A stretch of 64,000 nt of DNA from Promethearchaeota archaeon Loki_b31 (GTDB taxonomy: Archaea; Asgardarchaeota; Lokiarchaeia; Sigyniarchaeales; SOKP01), in the NCBI GenBank assembly GCA_005222975.1, contig NJBI01000003.1:32001-96000 (forward strand), given 5' to 3'. The position numbers were made by a program, and so were the translations under genes. Position 1 is the first letter of the stretch, and every line of letters starts with the position of its first letter. Of this stretch, positions 1 to 10,678 are shown piece after piece. The notes beneath the pieces are model-generated. The model was not told where the DNA came from. It made no database searches and saw only the letters and a list, made by a program, of their open reading frames with translations.

Positions 1-1517
1 ATATCGATTATTTAGAAGACCTTGGATTTCCAGGAAATCCCCCCTTTACGAGAGGTGTATATCCAAACATGTATCGTGGAAGAATTTGGACGATGAGACA
101 ATATGGCGGTTTTGCAGATGCTTCCAAAACAAACGAAAGGTTCAAATATTTAATATCGCAAGGACAAAAAGGACTTTCAATTGCCTTCGATTTGCCAACA
201 CAGATGGGCTATAATAGTGACAATAAAATCTGTTTAGGAGAAGTAGGAAAGGTTGGTGTAACGGTTAACTCCTTGAGAGATTTTGAACAAGTGTTCGAAG
301 GGATTCCTTTAGATAAGGTATCAACAAGCATGACTATTAACGCTCCTACTTCAGTGCTTTTAGCAATGTATATCGTTGTAGGCGAGAAACAAGGAATAAA
401 ACCTGAACAATTAATTGGTACGGTTCAAAATGATATCTTAAAAGAGTATATCGCAAGAGGGACATATATTTATCCTCCTAAACCATCTTTAAGATTAGTA
501 GCAGATGTAATTGAATATTGTTCCAAAAATTTACCCCGTTTTAATACCATCAGCATTAGTGGGTACCACATGCGAGAAGCGGGATGTAATGCTATTCAAG
601 AAATTGCCTTTACGATAGCAGACGGTATCGCATATGTTGAAGAAGTCCTTAGTCGGGGAGTTAATATTGACGAATTTGCCCCAAGATTATCTTTCTTTTT
701 TACAACTCATAATAATTTTTTTGAAGAAATTGCTAAATTAAGGGCAGTTAGAAAGTTATGGGCAAAAATAATGAAGGATAGGTTCCACGCTAAGGATCCA
801 AATTCAATGAGATTACGATTTCATACTCAAACTGCGGGAGTTACTCTAACGGCTCAACAACCTAACATAAATATTATCAGAGTAACCCTTCAAGCGCTAG
901 CAGCAATTCTAGGGGGAACGCAATCGCTTCACACCTGTGGTGCAGACGAGGCTTTAGCAATTCCAACAGAAGACTCTGTGAGATTATCCTTAAGAACTCA
1001 ACAAGTTCTTGCTCATGAATCGGGAGTTACCGATGTTGTGGACCCATTAGGGGGTTCTTATTATATTGAGTACTTAACTTCAAAATTAGAAGAAAAAGCT
1101 TTAGAATATATTGAAAAAATTGACGCAATGGGAGGTATATCTATTGCCATTGAGAGCGGATTCATTCAACGGGAAATCCAAAATAATGCATACTATGAAC
1201 AGAAGAAAATAGAAGCGGGAATTAATCAAGTAATTGGTGTAAATATTTATTGTACTGAAGAAGAGTGTAAAATAAAAACCTTTAAACACGATATTGACGA
1301 GGAACAAAAAATTATATTGTCTCTCGGTGAATTAAAAAAAAGTCGAGATGAGACCTTAGTTGAAAAAAAACTAACTGAATTAAAAAAAGTGGCTGAATCT
1401 GCTAAGAACATTATGCCAATCATGATTGAAGTAGTTAAAACCTATGCTACAATAGAAGAGATTTGTAGCGTCTTAAGAGAAGTTTTTGGCGAATATAAAA
1501 GTCCCCAAATATTTTAG
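1..1517 (+). CDS. Methylmalonyl-CoA mutase, substrate-binding (large/N-terminal) subunit; 5'-truncated by the window edge
   Basis: Frame is open from position 3 (IDYLEDLGFPGNPPFTRGVYPNMYRG). Motifs WTMRQYGGF, QNDILKEYIARGTYIYP, ISGYHMREAG, GGTQSLHT. Specificity Tyr and Arg (Y89/R207 equivalents) retained. No B12-binding DxHxxG domain in this chain. Confidence 0.95.
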   Translation, partial: IDYLEDLGFPGNPPFTRGVYPNMYRGRIWTMRQYGGFADASKTNERFKYLISQGQKGLSIAFDLPTQMGYNSDNKICLGEVGKVGVTVNSLRDFEQVFEGIPLDKVSTSMTINAPTSVLLAMYIVVGEKQGIKPEQLIGTVQNDILKEYIARGTYIYPPKPSLRLVADVIEYCSKNLPRFNTISISGYHMREAGCNAIQEIAFTIADGIAYVEEVLSRGVNIDEFAPRLSFFFTTHNNFFEEIAKLRAVRKLWAKIMKDRFHAKDPNSMRLRFHTQTAGVTLTAQQPNINIIRVTLQALAAILGGTQSLHTCGADEALAIPTEDSVRLSLRTQQVLAHESGVTDVVDPLGGSYYIEYLTSKLEEKALEYIEKIDAMGGISIAIESGFIQREIQNNAYYEQKKIEAGINQVIGVNIYCTEEECKIKTFKHDIDEEQKIILSLGELKKSRDETLVEKKLTELKKVAESAKNIMPIMIEVVKTYATIEEICSVLREVFGEYKSPQIF

Positions 1518-1555
1518 GAAATTTATCAAAATACTAAAAAATCTTAAAGATATTC

Positions 1556-3007
1556 TTAACTTTTTAGTTTTCTCTTATAGTTAGTAATTTTAGGTAATAA
1601 AGGAATGAATTCAAGAGGATCTCCAAATACAGGTACTCTCTTTTTTGCTAATAATCTAGAAATGCGATAACTTTCTTCGGGACGGTGGGCTCTCTCTAAA
1701 ATTGGAATTAATGGTTTATTATGTTTATGCCCTAAATATAAAGCCTCAAGCATATTAACTTCAAAGTTCTCAGCTGGTGTTATGGAATACCCGGGATCAA
1801 AATACCAACTTGGAAGGTCCATAATTAGGGCGTCGATTTTTTCATCGGATAAAGCAAGATCAATTATTTCCTTAATGCTTTGGCTGTAAAATAGTTGTGC
1901 TGCTACATCTAAAGGGTTTTTAGAACTTGTACCACGAATAATGAATTTTTTATCCAATTGTTCTTGAATTTTAGGGCTAAATTGAGGTACATTCATTCGG
2001 AATTTTTCAATTAGATCAACTAAGATAACCCCATAACCTCCACTTAAACTGAAAACAGCAATATTTTGTAAATCATTAATTCCGTAGAAGTCTATTAACC
2101 GCGCAGTATGCATCAATTGTTCTAATGTTTCAACTTCAATAAGATTATGTTGTTTGAAAATAGAATTCCAAATTTGAGTATTACCCGAGAGAGATGCTGT
2201 ATGAGTTCTAGCTGCTAGCGCCCCACTTTCGGATTTTCCACCTTTTAAAACAACAATCGGTTTTTTGTTATCAACAAGAACTTGTCTTAAATCAGCTCCT
2301 CGATTTTCTTTAATACCTTCTAAATAACACAAAATCAAGTCAGTTTCATCGTCGTTGCTAAAAAAATGTAAAATGTCTATGAAGTCTAAATCTGCTCCGT
2401 TCCCAAATGAGAACACTTTGGAAAAATGAATGTCCATTTCTTTCGCAGTATAAATAGCAATATTACATACTCCTCCTGATTGGCCTATAAACCCGATATT
2501 TCCAGGAGTCGTTGGGAATTTTGAACGCCAAGCTATGCCTAATTTTGGGTAAAATATTCCCATCCCATTAGGTCCAAGAATTCTAACTTTGTTTTGAGCG
2601 CATTCTATTATTTCTTTCTCTAAACGACGACCATCTTTAGTTCCTGCATCGGAAAACTCTGCTGTAAAGATGTTGACTAATTTAACACCTTTTTCCACGC
2701 AATCGTCGATAACATCTAATACTTGTAACGCGGGCACTGTAATGAAAGCAAAATCAACTTTTCCAGGAATGTCTTTAATAGAAGAATAAACGTTCGCAAC
2801 TGGAAAATTAGGAATTTCTTTAACTTTGGAATGGACAGCATAGAGATCTCCCTTAAAATTTTCTTGGTGATTCCTAAGGAAAAAGAAGTTTCGTTTCTTT
2901 GAAGGGCCTACAACTGCCATTGATTGAATATCGTTAATAAATGAAATATCTTTAACATTTAAGTTAAAAGTTTTAGATGGCGTCATTAATGGTATAAAAT
3001 TAAGCAT
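1556..3007 (-). CDS. Acyl-CoA synthetase (NDP-forming) alpha-like subunit, CoA-binding
   Basis: N-terminal CoA-binding Rossmann fold (AVVGPS, VDFAFITVP), GPNGMG, GQSGG, FGNGADL, phospho-His motif AARTHTASLSG, NPLD. Confidence 0.88.
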   Translation of the reverse strand: MLNFIPLMTPSKTFNLNVKDISFINDIQSMAVVGPSKKRNFFFLRNHQENFKGDLYAVHSKVKEIPNFPVANVYSSIKDIPGKVDFAFITVPALQVLDVIDDCVEKGVKLVNIFTAEFSDAGTKDGRRLEKEIIECAQNKVRILGPNGMGIFYPKLGIAWRSKFPTTPGNIGFIGQSGGVCNIAIYTAKEMDIHFSKVFSFGNGADLDFIDILHFFSNDDETDLILCYLEGIKENRGADLRQVLVDNKKPIVVLKGGKSESGALAARTHTASLSGNTQIWNSIFKQHNLIEVETLEQLMHTARLIDFYGINDLQNIAVFSLSGGYGVILVDLIEKFRMNVPQFSPKIQEQLDKKFIIRGTSSKNPLDVAAQLFYSQSIKEIIDLALSDEKIDALIMDLPSWYFDPGYSITPAENFEVNMLEALYLGHKHNKPLIPILERAHRPEESYRISRLLAKKRVPVFGDPLEFIPLLPKITNYKRKLKS

Positions 3008-3195
3008 GAATTTAATAGTTTATAAAAATCTAAAAAAGAAAAATTTAAAAAAATTATGTTAAAATAGCGGATAGTCTCTCTAAAAACGAATAATTTAAAA
3101 TTTAAACATTTTTAGGAAAAATTTTCTCTCTGAAATTATATATTTATGTTCTTACTATTTCTATTTTAACAACAAAATTTTTTTTAAATCATAAA

Positions 3196-4128
3196 GTGAA
3201 AACCATTATGATTAGCAAAACCATTTTACATATGATTCACGACTTAAAAACAGATAAAACTTCTGGAGCGAGTGAATTAATAGAAATCGCACTTGAAATT
3301 TTAGAAGCTCAGCTTCATACTATAAAAGATCCTAATATAGATATAAAAGAGGTTATATTTGAAATATCTAAAGAACTATTTAACATTCGCCCAAGTATGG
3401 CTCCTATAATCAATACAATTGGATATTTTATTCATGATTTGGAATTTTTCAGCAAACAAACACTTTTAGAAAAATTAAAGACATTTCCTGCAGAAAGATT
3501 AAGAATAGATAACGCTTTAACTTCCTCGTTTCATTCGTTTTTAGATAGATTTGAAGGGAAAAAACTCAACATAATGTTAATCTCTTACAGTACTACAATT
3601 ATTAAGCATTTGAAAGAAAATATAAAAAACGATTTTACTTTTTATGTTTTAGAATCTCGTCCTTTGCTTGAAGGGCGACGTACCGCCGAAATATTGTCTT
3701 CTAATTTTGAAACACATTTAATAGCAGATTCAGCGATGGGGAAGTTTATCAAAAAAGTTGATATAGTTCTTCTCGGAATTGATAGCGTACTGCGAGATGG
3801 GTCAATAGTAAATAAGATAGGAAGTTATCCTTTAGCATGTATTGCCGCTGCGAATAATAAAGATGTTTACGCTGTTGGGGATTCTTATAAATATAATTTA
3901 AAGAGTCATTATAACCAGAAAGTAATTGTTGAACAAAAGCCAATCTACGAGGTATATTCTAAAAAAATTAAAAAAGAATTGTTTAAAGTCCATAATTTTT
4001 ATTTTGATATAACACCATCTAACTATTTTAAAGAAATAATCTCCGATTTAGGAATATTGACGATGCCCGAGTTTTTGGAGAAAGTCAAAAGTACGCTTCC
4101 ATTAGAATGGTTCAAATCATTTCTTTAA
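3196..4128 (+). CDS. eIF-2B alpha/beta/delta (IF-2B) family protein
   Basis: SGASE, RPSMA, ESRPLLEG, LGIDSV, NKIGS, FDITP motifs. Confidence 0.88.
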   Translation: MKTIMISKTILHMIHDLKTDKTSGASELIEIALEILEAQLHTIKDPNIDIKEVIFEISKELFNIRPSMAPIINTIGYFIHDLEFFSKQTLLEKLKTFPAERLRIDNALTSSFHSFLDRFEGKKLNIMLISYSTTIIKHLKENIKNDFTFYVLESRPLLEGRRTAEILSSNFETHLIADSAMGKFIKKVDIVLLGIDSVLRDGSIVNKIGSYPLACIAAANNKDVYAVGDSYKYNLKSHYNQKVIVEQKPIYEVYSKKIKKELFKVHNFYFDITPSNYFKEIISDLGILTMPEFLEKVKSTLPLEWFKSFL

Positions 4129-4211
4129 AATCCAAGTTCTATTTTTTATTTTTAAACATTTTTGTTGGATAACTATAAATATTTTGTACAAAGAATTTAA
4201 TTTAGGGTACT

Positions 4212-5390
4212 ATGTCAATAGATGAAAATTTAGCTTATGAAATTACTAAAAGATTATCATTTCCTCGATTAGTTGGCTCAGAAGGAGAAAAAAGGGCAAT
4301 CAAAGTAGTCGTAGACGAGTTTGAAAAGATGGGTTATAATACCGTCAATCGCGAGAAATTTAAAACTTCGCTAAACAATTGGAAGAGGATCGAACTTTTA
4401 TTTTTAACTATGGGAATATTATATATCCTTTTAGCGATATCTTATTACAATTTACCAATTTTATCGTTGGTTATCATTACTCTAATTGTAATATGTATAT
4501 TAAAGTTACTTAAGATTTCTGATTCAAATAAGATAAAATTAATGAAGAATGATATCTATAATTTCGAAACTGAAAACATTTATGTAAATTTAAAAAGCAA
4601 GAATTCTTTGGCCAATCTTATCTTTATTGCTCATTACGATTCGAAGTCTCAAGTATACTCATCAATTTTTAGGATTTATTTAATAATGGGCTCAGTTTTT
4701 GGCGGAATAATTCTATTAGTTGTATTTTTCGTCTTAAGCGTTTTAAAGATTATTTTTATGTTTAATAATCTCATCTTGGATAACATCCTTTTGGGCGTCA
4801 GCATAGTAATAGGGATATTAACAATATTAAATTTTTTCAATAAAGTCAGTAATAAATCTCCAGGAGCGACAGATAATGCCACGAGCGTTGGTACAGTTAT
4901 TGCCCTCTCAAAATATTTTAAGAACAATGCTTTAGAAAATATTGATTTTACGTTTTTAATTACGGGTTCTGAAGAACTTAACTTAGGTGGAGCGATTGAT
5001 TTCATCCAGAAACACAAAAATGAATTAGATAAAGACATAACATATTTTATAAACTATGATCTTGTAGGTGCACATGGCGTGCTAAGAAACGTAACATCTC
5101 ACGGAATTCCTAAGAAAACAACCAGTACAAAATTAAACGAGCTATTTAGGAATAGTAGTAAAGATTTAGGGATTGAAATAAAGGAGATATATTTTCCTAT
5201 AGGTGCAGCTGGAGATCATATGCCCATCGTAAACATGGGGTATAAGGCTTGCGTACTTGCTTCCACTGGAAGTATGAAATATGTCCATTCTAAAAAAGAT
5301 ACGATGAGTTTAGTTTCTAAAGAGGGTTTAAATAACATTTTTAGTTTATCAATTGAGGTTGCAAATAGGTTGAATAAAGAATTAACTTAA
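4212..5390 (+). CDS. Membrane-embedded M28 family metallopeptidase
   Basis: AHYDS, GATDNATS, GSEELNLGG, NYD, GDH and VHS zinc motifs, with two inserted hydrophobic hairpins. Confidence 0.85.
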   Translation: MSIDENLAYEITKRLSFPRLVGSEGEKRAIKVVVDEFEKMGYNTVNREKFKTSLNNWKRIELLFLTMGILYILLAISYYNLPILSLVIITLIVICILKLLKISDSNKIKLMKNDIYNFETENIYVNLKSKNSLANLIFIAHYDSKSQVYSSIFRIYLIMGSVFGGIILLVVFFVLSVLKIIFMFNNLILDNILLGVSIVIGILTILNFFNKVSNKSPGATDNATSVGTVIALSKYFKNNALENIDFTFLITGSEELNLGGAIDFIQKHKNELDKDITYFINYDLVGAHGVLRNVTSHGIPKKTTSTKLNELFRNSSKDLGIEIKEIYFPIGAAGDHMPIVNMGYKACVLASTGSMKYVHSKKDTMSLVSKEGLNNIFSLSIEVANRLNKELT

Positions 5391-5415
5391 ATTGCTTCTT
5401 TAAGAAATAATTTCT

Positions 5416-6765
5416 CTAATCTACTTTTTCCGCCATATAAGGCTTCAAAGATATAATCGCTATTGCATACAAAGGAATTACGGATAGTTCGATAAATATC
5501 GAGATCATGAAAGGAGCGCTTGGACCTAAACTATCCCAAGCCAAACCTCCTAGAGTTGGGCCTAAAACAGCACCTAATAAGCTTAACCACTGAGCCGCCC
5601 CAAAAATTTTTCCACGGTGGATTTTTGATATTCGACTGAGGACATTTTGTAAAATTAAGTTCCCCCCCCAAGCAAAAGTTGCGTCAAAAAGTAAAATAAA
5701 ACCAAACATTAATCCCGATGTAGAATTAATTATAAACCAGGTTACTAGCGCCCCTAACCCGCTTACAACTGCAACCCCTAATACGGGATTTACTTTATCA
5801 GCAATCTTACCTAATTTAGGAGCAAATAACAGAGATAAAACCTGAGCGGGAAAACAAATTAACATTACTAGAATAGGCATCTCAACTTTCAATTCTTCAA
5901 TCAAATAAACTTGAAAGAAGGGATACGCTAAAGATTGATTCATACTACTCAACATAAAGGCAATGGTCAACACGCTGAAACCGAAAAAAAATCCCGTCGC
6001 TAAGTTGTTCTTGGGTTTTACAGAAGAATCTGGCATCACTGGTTCTTTAGAAACCATGATTGGTTCGACTGAGGATGGAAATAAATTGAAAATATGCTTA
6101 TCGTATGTAAGTTCTTCGTCGACTTTACGATGAAAAATTATACCTCCAAGAACATTAGATGCAGCAAATAATATCAGTGGACTGTAAACCAAAAAAAGAT
6201 TTTCAGGCGTAAATATAATTGCTAAACCAAAAATAATAACACTAATAATTGATCCAACTAGATTTCCTTTTCCTATCATTCCAGCTCGTTTTCCGAACGC
6301 AAAAGAACGATTTGATTTATTTGACTTCTCAGAAATTAACGTATCTAATGGTGTCCAAAAAAACCCTACAAAAAGCCCTAAAACAAACATCCCAATAGCG
6401 AATAATAATAAAGAAGATAATAAAATACCCAGATACATTAAAATATAGCTTGTCCCACGCCCAAAACTCCCTATTAGGATTAAAAGCTTTTTTGAAACTC
6501 TGTCAGTTAAATAACCAACAAATGGAGCACTGATTAACCCACCCATAGTTTGTATTGAGAATGTAAGCCCCAACACCGTTCCCGTACCTCCTAATAATTG
6601 GATTGTGACGTACGGGATTAAAAATGAGAAAAAAAAGAATCCCATGCTGTTCCAAAAGATAATTCGGATCATAGGAACGAAATCTGGAGTAATCTTCATT
6701 GCGTTTGCTTCTTCTGGCGTACTATCAGAATCAAAATGATTACCGTTATCAAAATTGTGCGACAA
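5416..6765 (-). CDS. MFS transporter
   Basis: About 12 hydrophobic helices; motif A GYLTDRVSKK and GKIADK. Confidence 0.9.
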   Translation of the reverse strand: MSHNFDNGNHFDSDSTPEEANAMKITPDFVPMIRIIFWNSMGFFFFSFLIPYVTIQLLGGTGTVLGLTFSIQTMGGLISAPFVGYLTDRVSKKLLILIGSFGRGTSYILMYLGILLSSLLLFAIGMFVLGLFVGFFWTPLDTLISEKSNKSNRSFAFGKRAGMIGKGNLVGSIISVIIFGLAIIFTPENLFLVYSPLILFAASNVLGGIIFHRKVDEELTYDKHIFNLFPSSVEPIMVSKEPVMPDSSVKPKNNLATGFFFGFSVLTIAFMLSSMNQSLAYPFFQVYLIEELKVEMPILVMLICFPAQVLSLLFAPKLGKIADKVNPVLGVAVVSGLGALVTWFIINSTSGLMFGFILLFDATFAWGGNLILQNVLSRISKIHRGKIFGAAQWLSLLGAVLGPTLGGLAWDSLGPSAPFMISIFIELSVIPLYAIAIISLKPYMAEKVD

Positions 6766-6940
6766 TTAAAAAAGCTCCCCTAAAACTATTATGTTTAATA
6801 AAAATCCATTTCCTAAAAAGTTCGTTATTTTAAGTTTTAACATAAATTTATGGAATAAATGAATAAAACTTAATTTTTTAAGAAGATTTTTCTTAATACA
6901 ACTTATCAATTAGAAAACAAAAATAAATTTTTAGAGAAAA

Positions 6941-7939
6941 ATGTTAACTCCAGAACACGTTAAAGAAATTTTAAAAGATTACACCGTTAATCTTCGATTC
7001 CACGCACGCGGGGGGCAAGGAGGCGTTACTGCTTCTAACCTATGCGTCGAAGCTTTTTATGGCTATGGCGTCTGTCAACCGAGATTTGGAGCAGAACGAA
7101 TGGGAAGTCCCACTGAAAGCTATGTTAGGCTTTCTGCGAACTCAGATTTAGTAAGGTCAAATGAACAAGTGTATGGCCCTCATTTCGTAGCTGTGTTAGA
7201 TGAATCGTTACTCTCAGAAGTAGATGTAACTGCTGGCGTACCTAAAGGTGGTTGGTTGATAGTAAATACCGTAATGGACCAACTAACCATTCAAGAAGCT
7301 GTAAAGAGAAAAGACATAAATATTGCTACAATCGATGCGACCCGAATTGCTCTAGATGTTTTAGGTCGAAATATTACAAATACTATTATATTAGGTGCTT
7401 TAATAAGAATCTCTCACCTCTTTACTCTCGAAGAATTATCTAATGCTATCATGAAGCGATTCAAAGGAGCTATAGCTGGAAAAAATATCGAAGCAATAAA
7501 GCAAGCAATTGAAGAAACTTGCATATTTGACATCGGAGTCGAGCCAGATTTTACCGTTGACACTAAAGTACCGTGGCAACAAATAGATTTAGGCTTACCT
7601 GGATATAAGGAATTAGATAAAGCGGGTGTTTGGTATTGCGACGAAAAAGTAATCCCTGTTGGAAGCGACCAAGTTAATACTGGCTCGTGGGGCGAATGGG
7701 ATATGATTTGGGACGCGGAAACGTGTACAAATTGTGCTCAGTGTTGGTTTATTTGCCCTGATTTTGCCATTATTAGAGAAAAAAGGGAAGACGACAAATA
7801 TCATATGATTGGAATTGATCTACTTCATTGTAAATCATGTTTAAATTGTCTAAATATCTGCCCTGTTCAAGCAATAAGTAAAAAATTGAAACAAGGACCG
7901 GCTGCTTGTGCAGTACCAGAAGAAAGTGGAGGTAATTAA
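6941..7939 (+). CDS. 2-oxoacid:ferredoxin oxidoreductase gamma-delta fusion subunit
   Basis: RGGQGGVTA, FGAERMG, NTIILGA (gamma), followed by two CxxCxxCxxxCP ferredoxin motifs (delta). Confidence 0.92.
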   Translation: MLTPEHVKEILKDYTVNLRFHARGGQGGVTASNLCVEAFYGYGVCQPRFGAERMGSPTESYVRLSANSDLVRSNEQVYGPHFVAVLDESLLSEVDVTAGVPKGGWLIVNTVMDQLTIQEAVKRKDINIATIDATRIALDVLGRNITNTIILGALIRISHLFTLEELSNAIMKRFKGAIAGKNIEAIKQAIEETCIFDIGVEPDFTVDTKVPWQQIDLGLPGYKELDKAGVWYCDEKVIPVGSDQVNTGSWGEWDMIWDAETCTNCAQCWFICPDFAIIREKREDDKYHMIGIDLLHCKSCLNCLNICPVQAISKKLKQGPAACAVPEESGGN

Positions 7940-7940
7940 A

Positions 7941-9167
7941 ATGTCAGTAGAACCAATGAAATTATTTTTCAAAGAGATTAAAGAGCCCATCGAGACGGCA
8001 ATGATTGGGAATTACGCTGTGGCCGGGGGAGTTACCCAAACGGACCCTGATGTAATTTGTGCATTCCCTATTACCCCTCAAACTCAATCCGTTGAGGGAT
8101 TATCTGATGTCGTTCATCAAGGAAGATTAAAAGCGGCTTTCGTTAATGTCGAATCCGAATTAGCCGCTATGAGTTATTCAACGGCAGCTTGCGCTGCTGG
8201 TGCCAGAACTTTTACTGCTACAGCATCACAAGGCTATTTATTAATGACTGAAGCCTTGCCTATGGCCGTAGGTTGGCGCGTCCCGTTAACGATGATGATT
8301 TCAGCAAGAGCTTTTAATGCTCCCAATCTTTCTATATGGAACAGTTGGAGTGATTTCGTTTTGTTTGACGTTGGGTGGAATTGTATCGTTTCAGAAAATG
8401 TGCAAGAAACCTACGATGCAGCAATTTTGTCAGTTATGATGTCTGACAATTCTTTGTTTCCAACTATGTTTGTACACGACGGTTTTATTATTTCTCATTC
8501 CGTTCAGAAATTATGGTTAATTCCAGACGAGATTGTACGGAAATTAACGCCAAAAAAGTCTCGCCACACAATTTCAACTGAGCGTCCTGGTGTATGGGGC
8601 GGTATTGTAACACCAAGCTTTTTCATGGAGGGACGAAAAAATCTTGATGAAGCAAAGAAACCCGTGTTAGATATAATGAAAAAGGCGTTCGAAGAATTCG
8701 GAAAAGCGACTGAGCGCTATTATAACTTAATTGAAACCTACAACTTAGATAACTCTTTAAAAACGGCTTTTATTACTATGGGATCGATGTGTGGAAACAT
8801 CATTAGTTGGATGACAAAAAACAAAGATATAGGATTAATCAAAATCAGAGCATACAGACCTTTTCCTTACGAAGAGTTACAAAAGATTGTCCAAGAGCAT
8901 AACATAGAAAAATTAATTATTCTAGAAAAATCAGATTCGCTAAATAATCTTTTACCACCATTTGCCACTTCAATAGCTACGGCGTTATATCCGCTTAAAA
9001 CTCTATTCAGATGCTATATTGTAGGACTAGGTGGGCGGGATGTTACTCGAGATGAGTTCGCGATCGCAAAGAAGAAAATGGAATCTGTTAACGATATGAA
9101 AGGACAGCTCTATAGTTACCTTGGCGTACGGGAGACCAAAGATAAAATCTATGAGGTGAACAGATAA
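7941..9167 (+). CDS. porA: 2-oxoacid (pyruvate-type):ferredoxin oxidoreductase alpha subunit
   Basis: FPITPQT, VESE, TATASQG, DGF, YRPFP, GLGGRD. ATG at 7941 follows a GGAGGT SD; the ORF track start at 7908 overlaps the upstream gene. Confidence 0.92.
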   Translation: MSVEPMKLFFKEIKEPIETAMIGNYAVAGGVTQTDPDVICAFPITPQTQSVEGLSDVVHQGRLKAAFVNVESELAAMSYSTAACAAGARTFTATASQGYLLMTEALPMAVGWRVPLTMMISARAFNAPNLSIWNSWSDFVLFDVGWNCIVSENVQETYDAAILSVMMSDNSLFPTMFVHDGFIISHSVQKLWLIPDEIVRKLTPKKSRHTISTERPGVWGGIVTPSFFMEGRKNLDEAKKPVLDIMKKAFEEFGKATERYYNLIETYNLDNSLKTAFITMGSMCGNIISWMTKNKDIGLIKIRAYRPFPYEELQKIVQEHNIEKLIILEKSDSLNNLLPPFATSIATALYPLKTLFRCYIVGLGGRDVTRDEFAIAKKKMESVNDMKGQLYSYLGVRETKDKIYEVNR

Positions 9168-9168
9168 G

Positions 9169-10254
9169 ATGTCAAAACCAGAAAGAAATGTAATTAAATT
9201 CGAAGATATCTTAGCAAGAGATGGCAAATGTAACGTTTTATTTTTAAACTACGATAACGAAGCTTTTATGAACACTGGGATTCAAGAATCAGGCGCTACA
9301 CCACCTCACGCTTCGACAACCACTGGACCCGGTGGAGAAAAAATTCCCGGTAAAGTTGGTATAAAACAAGATTTAGTTACTCCTTTTGCTTTTTATGGGA
9401 CAAAATCGTTATTTTTAGCAACGGCAAACCCCGCTTATCCAGCAGATTTTATGGGAAAAGTTGCTGATGCGTTAAAGTCAAACGGATCTGCTTTCATTCA
9501 ATCAATAGCTGATTGCATGAGAGGATGGCGACATCCAGCCGAAGACGCCGTGAAAATTTCAAAATTAGCTACAGATTGCGGTTATTGGCCTCTTTACACT
9601 GTTAGAGTAAAAGATGGCATTCCAACATTTTCTTATTATCGTGGATTAGATATAGATAAGGAGAAATTTGTAGAATACTTAAAATCTATGGGTCGGTTTA
9701 GACATCTCTTTAAGCCACAGTTCTTAGAAAAAGAAATTGACGAATTAATTTACTATACTGAACAACGTAACCTTAAACTAAAAGGGCTTATTGAACAGTT
9801 TGGAGCCGAAAAGCCAATAGACTTTTATCAGGTAAATCGAAGAACTTTAGAACCTCAACAACATCTCCATCCAGGACACGGATTATGCCCAGGGTGTGGC
9901 GCAGGAATGGTCTTGAATCAGATGGCTACAGCAGCTACAGCAGTCGCGGGTAACAACATTATTTATGTGAATAATACGAGTTGCAGTGAAGTATCGACAG
10001 CGAAAGATTTTGTGACTTCTTGGAAAGTTCCTTGGGTTCACCACTTATTTGAAAGCGGAGCTACTATAGCTGAAGGAATAAGCACAACTTATAAAATTCT
10101 TAAATCTAAAGGTTTGTTCAATGGAGAGGTACCGTATGTTATACACATTGCCGGCGACGGTTCTACATACGATATTGGATTTCAATTTCTCAAAGCTGCT
10201 CTCATTCGAACGAGTTCTTTCGTAGAAATGAACGAATACTTGAAACAAAATTAA
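9169..10254 (+). CDS. porB: 2-oxoacid:ferredoxin oxidoreductase beta subunit, circularly permuted
   Basis: All PorB motifs present in permuted order: YDNEAFMNTGIQ at aa 28-39, CMRGW at aa 116, GHGLCPGCG at aa 236-244, TSCSE with C272, GDGSTYDIGFQ at aa 329. Confidence 0.92.
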   Translation: MSKPERNVIKFEDILARDGKCNVLFLNYDNEAFMNTGIQESGATPPHASTTTGPGGEKIPGKVGIKQDLVTPFAFYGTKSLFLATANPAYPADFMGKVADALKSNGSAFIQSIADCMRGWRHPAEDAVKISKLATDCGYWPLYTVRVKDGIPTFSYYRGLDIDKEKFVEYLKSMGRFRHLFKPQFLEKEIDELIYYTEQRNLKLKGLIEQFGAEKPIDFYQVNRRTLEPQQHLHPGHGLCPGCGAGMVLNQMATAATAVAGNNIIYVNNTSCSEVSTAKDFVTSWKVPWVHHLFESGATIAEGISTTYKILKSKGLFNGEVPYVIHIAGDGSTYDIGFQFLKAALIRTSSFVEMNEYLKQN

Positions 10255-10365
10255 TTTTTTTTATTCTTTTTTATTCAAAATTATTGCTATCAAGCTTAAA
10301 ATTTCTGTTTTTTAAAGTAAATAAAAATCTAGAAAAAAAAGTAAAAAGAATAAAAAAGAGATTGA

Positions 10366-10605
10366 TTAAGGTAAAAATTGAGAGAGAATTATAATTGCTG
10401 GATTTAAAATCGAGCTATCACCCTCCCAGAATCTCCCTTTAGAACTTTCTATTCTAAAGCCACTTAGAGAATCGATGGGAAATTCTATTCGTCCTTTTTT
10501 TTGGGTCTCGATAAAAAATGTTTTCTTATATATTCCACACCCAGTTAGCCTAAATATTAACAGAGAATGCTCAGACCCATCCTTCAAGGTAATTATTATA
10601 TCCAT
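10366..10605 (-). CDS. Small hypothetical protein (79 aa), paralogue of 10679-10933
   Basis: AAGGTGG SD upstream; clear similarity to the neighbouring ORF. Confidence 0.8.
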   Translation of the reverse strand: MDIIITLKDGSEHSLLIFRLTGCGIYKKTFFIETQKKGRIEFPIDSLSGFRIESSKGRFWEGDSSILNPAIIILSQFLP

Positions 10606-10678
10606 TTGATCCCACCTTCTTGATTTTAAATTTTATTTTATTTTATATATTGTTTTAAAATTATTTGTATAGAAATAG

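Noticed and set aside
69-1517. Isobutyryl-CoA or other variant acyl-CoA mutase
   Set aside because: The Tyr (QYGGF) and Arg (IARGT) specificity residues match methylmalonyl-CoA mutase.
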